Source of the DNA: Macrostomum lignano
Lineage: Eukaryota
Assembly: GCA_002269645.1 (NCBI GenBank)
Contig: NIVC01000275.1
Location: 186,001-250,000, forward strand
Length of the DNA stretch: 64,000 nt
Reading direction: 5' to 3'
A model generated the notes under the pieces. It did not search any database and was not told the DNA's origin. It was given only the letters and a program-made list of their open reading frames with translations. Shown one piece after another: positions 30,557-41,351 of this stretch. The translations under genes and the position numbers were made by a program. The stretch's first letter is position 1; every line of letters starts with the position of its first letter.

Positions 30557-31524
30557 TACAGGCAAATTATGAAACAGCATTCATCAGGAAAAATGACACC
30601 TTAATAAAAACATGGATCTCACCTGACTCCAAATGAGATCTGGCAGTGGCTGGTAGAGCGTGCACTTTCGCAATCAAATTTCCTGCTCAACTGCTCAAAG
30701 TCGAGCACCGCCTGCACCTGGCCAGCGCGCAGATCTCAGCTCGTTGGGCTCGGGCCGAACAAGACACGGGCTTATATGAGCACTTCAGTCAGCCAGCTCC
30801 AGTCTAAAGAGCAGACAGCTACAGCCCCAGTTTCTGGGGTGTCACAGAGAGTCCACAATCCATCAAGTGGGTCGCCAGCAAAGAACTCGCAATGCCGCCT
30901 GAGTTTATCGTCCCCTCAGGGCTGTCTCCGCCAGTTTTAGACCCGAATACTTCCCCTTTTTCTCGGCCAAAAGTCCTAGTAAGTCACAGAGCTCTGCATA
31001 TCCTCTTGTGTGCATCCGCGTGCTCCCCATTTTGTAGTCCCCCATTTTGGCCGGGGACTGGCTGTCTGGCGGAGTGACTCACTGCAGCTCCAATTTGTCA
31101 TTATCTACCTGTGAGCCGGGGGCAGCAATGGGCGCCCAGCTTTTGCACCAGAAAATATAATTAAGTTTTTTATTTAAAAAAACTGCTTAATTAGTTCTGT
31201 CACTAATTGCTTCTGGATGCTGTTCTAGAGCAAAAATGTTCGTATTCGGCTACTAGTTAGTAGACTAGTTAGGAATTTTTAGTAAAAACTGCTTTAATAA
31301 TTAACACTACCACATTGGCACTTTTAGCTGGAATAATATTGACAATGTCAGCCGGGCCGCACTGGACTGACAGAGCCGAAGAAGTCTAGGAGCAGAAATC
31401 TGGACTAGACTTGTCTTTGTAACAAATTTATAGCTTAAACATGCTTTTATCGATGTTGTAATCGTTCAGTTTTTTGACACATTTTGATTCCGTAAAACAC
31501 TGTAGGCATCTTGGTAATATTTGA

Positions 31525-32030
31525 GTTTAGCGCCAAGTTTAGCGCCAAGTTTAGCGCCAAGTTTAGCGCCAAGTTTAGCGCCAAGTTTAGCGCCAAGTTT
31601 AGCGCCAAGGTTAGCGCCAAGTTTAGCGCCAAGGTTAGTGCCATTTCAGCGCCAATTTAGCACCAAAGTTAGCGCCATTTTAGCGCCAACTTAGCGCCAA
31701 GGTTAGTGCCAAGGTTAATGCCATTTTAGTGCCAAGGTTAGTGCCAAGGTTAGTGCTATTTTAGCGCCAAGGTTAGTGCCATTTTAGCGCCAATTTAGCG
31801 CCAAAGTTAGCGCCATTTCAGCGCCAAAGTTAGCGCCAAGGTTAGTGCCATTTTAGCGCCAAGGTTAGTGCCATTTTAGCGCCCAGGTTAGTGCCATTTT
31901 AGCACCAAGGTTAGTGCCATTTTTGCGCCAAGGTTAGTGCCATTTTAGTGCCATTTTTGCGCCAAGGTTAGTGCCATTTTAGCGCCAAGTTCAGCGTCAT
32001 TTAAGCGCCAATTTTAGCGCCAGCTTCAGC
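31525..32030. repeat. 12-bp minisatellite (GTTTAGCGCCAA)n
   Basis: Direct inspection; perfect at the left end, degenerate at the right. Confidence 0.93.
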
Positions 32031-32363
32031 GTCCCTTCTACCCCTTGTTCCTTTGCTGGCCTTCAAATACACTTTCCTAGAATTCAAAGAATTCCTAGAC
32101 TCCTGTGCTCAGTCCAAGTAGTACGTTGCCAGGGCACACAGACAGGCTTAACAGACCAGCGATAAAAGAGGGTTCAGAAGGCAAAATCCAAACAAAGGCT
32201 TTAAAAATTCACAAGAGAACAGCGGTAACCAATGAGAGCGGGGCAGGTGGAGCAAAGACCTATTTATGGAGAATCTCAACGCACAGACCGCGAATAAACA
32301 CAGAGGAAATTTGGCACCTCCTTTTTTCACTTGCAGAGAAGTGCATTTTGCTGTCCAGCGCCA

Positions 32364-32529
32364 ATGTCTGGAGAGCTGCTGCTGCTGGACCGGGTGCGGA
32401 GGGCTCTGACTGCGCCGCCGAGCGAGAGGAACGAGGACGACCTCAGCATGGTGATGGCCTGGTGCAAGGACCTCTCAAGGGGCGAGGCTCAGAGAGGCAA
32501 AGTGTGCGTGCTGGGCGAGCTGGAGGACA
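32364..32529 (+). CDS. cNMP-binding protein coding exon 1
   Basis: ATG at 32364, after acceptor CTTGCAG| at 32336; donor A|GTGAGT, phase 1. An upstream coding exon cannot be excluded. Confidence 0.75.
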
Positions 32530-35500
32530 GTGAGTGACTAATCCGTCCGCCCCTGAACTAATCCATCCGCCCCCTGAACTAATCCATCCGCCCCCTGAAC
32601 TAATCCATCCGCCCCCTGAACTAATCCATCGGCCCCCTGAACTAATCCATCCGCCCCCTGAACTAATCCATCGGCCCCCTGAACTAATCCATCCGCCCCC
32701 TGAACTAATCCATCCGCCCCCTGAACTAATCCATCCGCCCCCTGAACTAATCCATCCGCCCCCTGAACTAATCCATCGGCCCCCTGAACTAATCCATCCG
32801 CCCCCTGAACTAATCCATCCGCCCCCTGAACTAATCCATTCGTCCCTAGATGAATCTATATCCGCTCCTAGATGAATCTATATCCGCTCCTAGATGAATC
32901 TATATCCGCTCCTAGATGAATCTATATCCGCCTCAGATGAATCTATATCCGCCTCAGATGAATCTATATCCGCCTCAGATGAATCTATATCCGCCTCAGA
33001 TGAATCTATATCCGCCCCTAGATGAATCTATATCCGCCCCTAGATGAATCTATATCCGCCCCTAGATGAATCTATATCCGCTCCTAGATGAATCTATATC
33101 CGCCTCAGATGAATCTATATCCGCCCCTAGATGAATCTATATCCGCCCCTAGATGAATCTATATCCGCCCCTAGATGAATCTATATCCGCCTCAGATGAA
33201 TCTATATCCGCCCCTAGATGAATCTATATCCGCCCCTAGATGAATCTATATCCGCCCCTAGATGAATCTATATCCGCCCCTAGATTAATCTATATCCGCT
33301 CCTAGATTAATCTATATCCGCCCCTAGATGAATCTATATCCGCCCCTAGATGAATCTATATCCGCCCCTAGATTAATCTATATCCGCCCCTAGATTAATC
33401 TATATCCGCTCCTAGATTAATCTATATCTGCTCCTCGCCCAATCCATCCGCCCCAAGGCGTGCTGAAGGCGCTGGTGAAGGACTCGGTGCTGGAGACCTG
33501 CGAGCCAGGCCGGCTGCTGATACGGCAGGGCAGCACCGGCGACTTCATGTACATCGTGCTGTCCGGCCAGTGCGAGGTTCGGGTGTCGGCGATTGCGACT
33601 GCCGTCGACGGCAGCGGAGTCAGCGGCGGCCTTCGCGAGGGCGACTCGGTGCGCGGCTTGGCGGGGCAAAAAGAAATCGGAGAGCTGCTGGGAGTCATCG
33701 TTGGAGTCGTGGGGCGTGAGTTCGTGGCTTCCCTAATCCGCTTCTCGTGTCTTCCCTAATCCGCTTCTCGTGTCTTCCCTAATCCGCTTCTCGTGTCTTC
33801 CCTAATCCGCTTCTCGTGTCTTCCCTAATCCGCTTCTCGTGTCTTCCCTAATCCGCTTCTCGTGTCTTCCCTAATCCGCTTCTCGTGTCTTCCCTAATCC
33901 GCTTCTCGTGTCTTCCCTAATCCGCTTCTCGTGTCTTCCCTAATCCGCTTCTCGTGTCTTCCCTAATCCGCTTCTCGTGTCTTCCCTAATCCGCTTCTCG
34001 TGTCTTCCCTAATCCGCTTCTCGTGTCTTCCCTAATCCGCTTCTCGTGTCTTCCCTAATCCGCTTCTCGTGTCTTCCCTAATCCGCTTCTCGTGTCTTCC
34101 CTAATCCGCTTCTCGTGTCTTCCCTAATCCGCTTCTCGTGTCTTCCCTAATCCGCTTCTCGTGTCTTCCCTAATCCGCTTCTCGTGTCTTCCCTAATCCG
34201 CTTCTCGTGTCTTCCCTAATCCGCTTCTCGTGTCTTCCCTAATCCGCTTCTCGTGTCTTCCCTAATCCGCTTCTCGTGTCTTCCCTAATCCGCTTCTCAT
34301 GTCTTCCCTAATCCGCTTCTCATGTCTTCCCTAATCCGCTTCTCGTGTCTTCCCTAATCCGCTTCTCGTGTCTTCCCTAATCCGCTTCTCGTGTCTTCCC
34401 TAATCCAATTCTCACGCCTTCCTAATCCGATTCTCACGCCTTCCTAATCCGATTCTCACGCCTTCCTAATCCGATTCTCACGCCTTCCTAATCCGATTCT
34501 CACGCCTTCCTAATCCGATTCTCACGCCTTCCTAATCCGATTCTCACGCCTTCCTAATCCGATTCTCACGCCTTCCTAATCCGATTCTCACGCCTTCCTA
34601 ATCCGATTCTCACGCCTTCCTAATCCGATTCTCACGCCTTCCTAATCCGATTCTCACGCCTTCCTAATCCGATTCTCACGCCTTCCTAATCCGATTCTCA
34701 CGCCTTCCTAATCCGATTCTCACGCCTTCCTAATCCGATTCTCACGCCTTCCTAATCCGATTCTCACGCCTTCCTAATCCCATTCTCACGCCTTCCTAAT
34801 CCCATTCTCACGCCTTTCTAATCCGATTCTCACGCCTTCCTAATCCCATTCTCTAATTCAGCCGGCTCAGTGATCGGCGAGGTGGCCTTGGTGAAGAACG
34901 TGGTGCGCACTGCCAACGTGCTGGTGTCGCCAGCCTCCGAGCCCTGCTCCCTCATCCGAATCTCCCGCGACCTGTTCGAGCGCACTCTGGACAGCCGTCT
35001 GCGCCGGCTCGAGCAGGAGCGCGAGGACTTCACCTTCGGCTTCCACCTGGTCAGCAACTTCAATCCCAGACTGAGGCAGCAGTTCATCCGAGCCCTGATG
35101 AAGGAGAAATACTACAACGGGGACGTCATTGTACGGCAGGGAGACAAAATTGAGGACGTGTACTTCATTGTCAGGTGAGGCAGTTGGCAAATTTCGCTGC
35201 CTACTGCGCCTGTGGGTTTTGGCGATAGTCGACCCGCTCGGCCCGGAGCAGGCACACTAATCCTACGGGCTCGAATCCCCGGACGCATCCCCCTGACCTG
35301 TTCTTCCCCAAGCCAGACCGTAGGAAATAAAAGCATAAAAGATGATTTCAGCTCTCTCATTCATCGGTCAATAAGGAAACCTCTAACGATTGAATGCAAC
35401 AATAAAGCAGAGTACAATGCAGCCCGCCATTCATTCATTTATCTATTATCGGGGCTGAATGAAAGCCCAGGCTGCGCAGCTCAGGACAGGAGAGAATGAC

Positions 35501-37223
35501 AGACTGACAGATCTGCCAGTAACTGAAGTTGCAAAATAAAAGTGTGATAATTGGCTCAGGCCACTTGGGGCAGCACAATTGAGCCAGGCTCTTCTGGGTT
35601 CGGCTGATGTGGAAGCACCGAGTGGCCCTGTGGCGAGTTAGGCTGGAAGCTCAAGTTAATTAGCTTTGCTGGCATCGTTCTCGCAGCAGCAGCCACTGTG
35701 TTTTCTCAAGTGGGGTTCAACCTTTTTTGTTTTTCTTCTGTTTAGCAAAGCAAATTGCATGCACCCCCAGTGTAGTTTATCTGCTGATATCGACAAGGCC
35801 TGGCGTGTTGTTTGCTTTCCATACACTCAGCACCATAACCTAAAGCACCATCCCCACAGCACCATCCCCACAGCACCATCCCCACAGCACCATCCCCACA
35901 GCACCATCCCCACAGAACCATCCCAACAGAACCATCCCCACAGCACCATCCCAACAGAACCATCCCAACAGAACCATCCCCACAGCACCATCCCCACAGC
36001 ACCATCCCCACAGCACCATCCTCACAGCCCCATCCCCACAGCACCATCCCCACAGCACCATCCCCACAGCACCATCCCCACAGCACCATCCCCACAGCAC
36101 CACCCCACAGCACCATCCCCACAGCACCATCCCCACAGCACCATCCCCACAGCACCATCCCCACAGCACCATCCCCACAGCACCATCCCCACAGCACCAT
36201 CCCCACAGCACCATCCCCACAGCACCATCCCCACAGCTCCATCCCCACAGCTCCATCCCCACAGCACCATCCCCACAGCACCATCCCCACAGCACCATCC
36301 CCACAGCACCATCCCCACAGCACCATCCCCACAGCACCATCCCCACAGCACCATCCCCACAGCACCATCCCCACAGCACCATCCCCACAGCACCATCCCC
36401 ACAGCACCATCCCCACAGCACCATCCCCACAGCACCATCCCCACAGCACCATCGCCACAGCACCATCCCCACAGCACCATCCCCACAGCACCATCCCCAC
36501 AGCACCATCCCCACAGCACCATCCCCACAGCACCATCCCCACAGCACCATCCCCACAGCACCATCCCCACAGCACCATCCCCACAGCACCATCCCCACAG
36601 CACCATCCCCACAGCACCATCCCCACAGCACTATCCACACAGCACCATCCACAAATCCCCCCCAACCCGATCCCGCCCGCAGTGGAGAAGTGATTCTCTA
36701 CCTGAACCCGCGCAAGCTAACTGACCAATACGAGCTGCACCTGCAGGCCAAGAATGTCTACTCCGTGCTGCCTTCACAGGAGCAGCAGCAGCAGCAGAAA
36801 TTGCAAGCAGTTGGCAAGCAGAAAGTAGCCAGAAGCGTCGCCAGCAGCAGCTCAGGCAACGGTCGAAGGCTTCGGCAGGTGGCAACAACCGGAGGCCGAA
36901 TCGCTTGGAGCTGCGTCAGCCGTAATGGCATGCTGGGAGACGTTGAAGCCCTGGCTCAGCTGCCCAGCCGCATGAGCACCGCGGTGGCCCAGACCGAGGT
37001 GGTGCTGTTCCGCATGAACCTGCCCGAGTTCCGGCGTCTAATTATGCGCGAAGGCCGCGAGACGGCGCGGGAGGCGCGCCAGCTGGCCAAGACGGCGCTG
37101 CGCTATCAAAACGAGAAACGGCGCGAAAAGTTGGCGCCACAGCCGGGCGGACTGGAGGACAGCGAGGTCGCTTTTGTGGATTATTTGGTCCGCGCCATCG
37201 ATCAGATGGCCATGCCGTCGTAG
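32364..37223 (+). CDS. Tandem cyclic-nucleotide-binding-domain protein (CNBD1/CNBD2-like), 425 aa: join(32364-32529,33458-33715,34862-35174,36683-37223)
   Basis: Phases 1,1,2 are consistent and the total is 1278 nt. N-terminal LTAPPSERNEDDL motif. Domain 1: LIRQGSTGDFMYIVLSG...GSVIGEVALVKNVVRTANV. Domain 2: IVRQGDKIEDVYFIVSGEV...GMLGDVEAL...RMSTAV. No kinase, GEF or channel domain. Confidence 0.88.
32537..33432. repeat. Intron 1 of the CNBD gene: 21-mer (CTGAACTAATCCATCCGCCCC)n then 22-mer (CTAGATGAATCTATATCCGCCC)n
   Basis: Direct inspection; switch near 32845. Confidence 0.96.
33458..33715 (+). CDS. cNMP-binding protein exon 2
   Basis: Acceptor CCCCAAG|GC; LLIRQGSTGDFMYIVLSG; donor C|GTGAGT, phase 1. 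Confidence 0.88.
33728..34852. repeat. Intron 2 of the CNBD gene: 23-mer (CCCTAATCCGCTTCTCGTGTCTT)n then 22-mer (CCTAATCCGATTCTCACGCCTT)n
   Basis: Direct inspection; switch near 34405. Confidence 0.96.
34862..35174 (+). CDS. cNMP-binding protein exon 3
   Basis: Acceptor TAATTCAG|CC; GSVIGEVAL...RTAN; donor AG|GTGAGG, phase 2. Confidence 0.9.
35845..36650. repeat. 15-bp minisatellite (CACAGCACCATCCCC)n in CNBD intron 3
   Basis: Direct inspection. Confidence 0.96.
36683..37223 (+). CDS. cNMP-binding protein exon 4 (terminal)
   Basis: Acceptor CCCGCAG|T; second phosphate-binding-cassette-like segment; TAG at 37221-37223. Confidence 0.88.
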
Positions 37224-37354
37224 GCAGCCAATTGAGGATTTGATTTGGCTTCTGATTGAACTTCTTTTTTAATTTATTCTCTTCGTAATTTATTTTCGAC
37301 TTGACACTGATAGGTGGATGGCCTTGCGAGACCTGGCGAGCAGGCGAGTGACGT

Positions 37355-37886
37355 TTTAAACCAGTGGATGACCTTTTAAACCAGTAAATGAACTTTTAAA
37401 CCAGTGAATGACCTTTTAAACCAGTGGGTGACCTTTTAAACCAGTGAATGAACTTTTAAACCAGTGAATGAACTTTTAAACCAGTGAATGACCTTTCAAA
37501 CCAGTGAATGACCTTTAAAACCAGTGAATAACCTTTTAAACCAGTGAATGAATTTTCAAACCAGTGAATGAACTTTCAAACCAGTGAATGACCTTTTAAA
37601 CCAGTGAATGACCTTTCAAACCAGTGAATGAACTTTCAAACCAGTGAATGACCTTTTAAACCAGTGAATGGCCTTTTAAACCAGTGAATGACCTTTCAAA
37701 CCAGTGAATGAACTTTCAAACCAGTGAATGACCTTTTAAACCAGTGAATGGCCTTTTAAACCAGTGAATGACCTTTCAAACCAGTGAATGAACTTTCAAA
37801 CCAGTGAATGACCTTTAAAACCAGTGAATGACCTTTTAAACCAGTGAATGGCCTTTTAAACCAGTGTGTGACCTTTCAAACCAGTG
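37355..37886. repeat. 20-bp minisatellite (CCAGTGAATGACCTTTTAAA)n downstream of the CNBD stop
   Basis: Direct inspection. Confidence 0.95.
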
Positions 37887-38246
37887 ATCTTCTCTTTTCA
37901 GATACATGATCAACCATAAAAGCGGGTGGATGACCTTCCAAGCAGGCTGACGATCCTTTTACCCGAAGATGGCCTTTCAGCATTTAATAACGGGAGTGCA
38001 ACACAATTAGATGAAAGATTTTCTATTCACCCACACTCAAAGCTCGCCATAGCTCCGAAACTCAATGCAAAGTTTAAAAAAAACCACTGACTCTACGAGT
38101 TACCTAATCAGTGTCAGTGCCGCGATCGAGTTTATGCCCATCAGTGCCTTTACTGTCAGAGCTATGCTTTAATAATGTAACTTAACTATTAAATATTAAA
38201 TATTAAAGAGGGCCTTTGCTTAATCTCAATCCTGACACCAAAGATG

Positions 38247-40382
38247 AAATGGATTGCTAATCTATCCAACATCAATGAGTCGAATAGAATGGATTGCTAA
38301 TCTATCCAACATCAATGAGTTGAATAGAATGGATTGCTAATCTATCCAACATCAATGAGTCGAATAGAATGGATTGCTAATCTATCCAACATCAATGAGT
38401 CGAATAGAATGGATTGCTAATTTATCCAACATCAATGAGTTGAATAGAATGGATTGCTAATCTATCCAACATCAATGAGTCGAATAGAATGGATTGCTAA
38501 TCTATCCAACATCAATGAGTCGAATAGAATGGATTGCTAATCTATCCAACATCAATGAGTCGAATAGAATGGATTGCTAATCTATCCAACATCAATGAGT
38601 TGAATAGAATGGATTGCTAATCTATCCAACATCAATGAGTTGAACAGAATGGATTGCTAATCTATCCAACATCAATGAGTTGAATAGAATGGATTGCTAA
38701 TCTATCCAACATCAATGAGTCGAATAGAATGGATTGCTAATCTATCCAACATCAATGAGTTGAATAGAATGGATTGCTAATCTATCCAACATCAATGAGT
38801 TGAATAGAATGGATTGCTAATCTATCCAACATCAATGAGTCGAATAGAATGGATTGCTAATCTATCCAACATCAATGAGTTGAATAGAATGGATTGCTAA
38901 TCTATCCAACATCAATGAGTCGAATAGAATGGATTGCTAATCTATCCAACATCAATGAGTCGAATAGAATGGATTGCTAATCTATCCAACATCAATGAGT
39001 TGAACAGAATGGATTGCTAATCTATCCAACATCAATGAGTTGAATAGAATGGATTGCTAATCTATCCAACATCAATGAGTCGAATAGAATGGATTGCTAA
39101 TCTATCCAACATCAATGAGTCGAATAGAATGGATTGCTAATCTATCCAACATCAATGAGTCGAATAGAATGGATTGCTAATCTATCCAACATCAATTAGT
39201 CGAATAGAATGGATTGCTAATATATCCAACATCAATGAGTTGAATAGAATGGATTGCTAATCTATCCAACATCAATGAGTCGAATAGAATGGATTGCTAA
39301 TCTATCCAACATCAATGAGTTGAATAGAATGGATTGCTAATCTATCCAACATCAATGAGTTGAACAGAATGGATTGCTAATCTATCCAACATCAATGAGT
39401 TGAACAGAATGGATTGCTAATCTATCCAACATCAATGAGTCGAATAGAATGGATTGCTAATCTATCCAACATCAATGAGTTGAATAGAATGGATTGCTAA
39501 TCTATCCAACATCAATGAGTTGAACAGAATGGATTGCTAATCTATCCAACATCAATGAGTTGAACAGAATGGATTGCTAATCTATCCAACATCAATGAGT
39601 TGAATAGAATGGATTGCTAATCTATCCAACATCAATGAGTTGAACAGAATGGATTGCTAATCTATCCAACATCAATGAGTTGAACAGAATGGATTGCTAA
39701 TCTATCCAACATCAATGAGTTGAATAGAATGGATTGCTAATCTATCCAACATCAATGAGTTGAATAGAATGGATTGCTAATCTATCCAACATCAATGAGT
39801 TGAACAGAATGGATTGCTAATCTATCCAACATCAATGAGTTGAATAGAATGGATTGCTAATCTATCCAACATCAATGAGTTGAACAGAATGGATTGCTAA
39901 TCTATCCAACATCAATGAGTTGAATAGAATGGATTGCTAATCTATCCAACATCAATGAGTTGAACAGAATGGATTGCTAATCTATCCAACATCAATGAGT
40001 TGAACAGAATGGATTGCTAATCTATCCAACATCAATGAGTTGAACAGAATGGATTGCTAATCTATCCAACATCAATGAGTTGAACAGAATGGATTGCTAA
40101 TCTATCCAACATCAATGAGTTGAATAGAATGGATTGCTAATCTATCCAACATCAATGAGTTGAACAGAATGGATTGCTAATCTATCCAACATCAATGAGT
40201 TGAACAGAATGGATTGCTAATCTATCCAACATCAATGAGTTGAACAGAATGGATTGCTAATCTATCCAACATCAATGAGTTGAACAGAATGGATTGCTAA
40301 TCTATCCAACATCAATGAGTCAAACAGAATGGATTGCTAATCTATCCAACATCAATGAGTTGAACAGAATGGATTGCTAATC
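38247..40382. repeat. 40-bp satellite (GAATGGATTGCTAATCTATCCAACATCAATGAGTTGAATA)n, about 53 copies, between two convergent genes
   Basis: Exact 40-bp period; variation is nearly confined to two positions (T/C and T/C). Confidence 0.97.
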
Positions 40383-41170
40383 TTAGTTTATGTTATTATA
40401 AATCAAACCCAAACATTAAAAAATGACAGCCAGCCCTCAGAACATTTAATAAGCACGTACTACTTCCAGTAGGCGCAGCGCATGTAAAAAGTATGCACCA
40501 GAAAATAAGCATTTATTTACTGTCCAAAGCGCAAAGAATAAATAACAATTTAGTCAAGACTTGAACCAACCGTTTAACATAAAAACAAAAATAACATATG
40601 AAAATAAGAACACAAAACAAACAATGGTCCTTCTCTTACTAATAAGCAGAGTGCTTGTGAGTAGGAAGAGTCGCTATAATACACTTTAATATCAGTACAC
40701 GAAATTGGCCAATTAGTACTTTAATTGTACTCAACAAAATCTCAAACAGCAATAAGTCCAGAGATTGACTGCCACTGTGAAAGACGATTAAAATTTAATA
40801 GCCTCATCCCCGACTAGCTACTATTACTAAGCAGTAGGCAAGTAGCGAGCATTGTTCTCCAAATAAATTTCGATTGCACAGAATAGAGAGCTGCCCGATG
40901 GAAATGGACAGAAATAGAGGTGGCACAAGACAAGAGGAAAATTTTATTATAAAGTACAAAATACAAAATTAATAACGCACAAGCTAAGCGGAAGACCCGA
41001 GGCGGAAGATTAGTTAAGAAGCGAAATTAAACAACAGAGCGGGCTTATATTCTTAAATGTTTTGTGGAAGCGCTGATAGATGATTTTATATAATACAATT
41101 ATGATTTTGATACAGCTAACACTGCGATTTCTGAATAATTTACCAAAGCCTGGAACCTGTGTCAATTTAA

Positions 41171-41351
41171 TTATTTGTACTTATTGATCCGGCACAGCTG
41201 CACGTAGCACAGCAGCAGAAATACCAGCATGATGCAGAACATGCCGAGTTCGTTGCTCCACAGATTCCATGGCGTCGAGTGCGGAATCTGCTGATCATTC
41301 AGAACGGTGGATCCGTCCTTGCTGGTTGGGGCGGGACGGGGCGTTGGGGGA
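41171..41351 (-). CDS. ABCG2-like: ABCG exon 9 (TM6, stop)
   Basis: Acceptor ACGCAG|T; hand translation CPPTPRP...[10 protein letters not shown]...RINKYK*; TAA at 41173-41171 (absent from the ORF track). Confidence 0.9.

Noticed and set aside
35666-36724. Cys-rich (MVLWGWCCGDGAVG)n and His/Pro-rich ORFs
   Set aside because: They come from the 15-bp intronic minisatellite and are open on both strands.
38247-40382. Regular 40-bp array (and the 34-bp arrays at 4367 and 8840) resembling CRISPR
   Set aside because: The units are head-to-tail with no unique spacers, there are no cas genes, and the context is eukaryotic.
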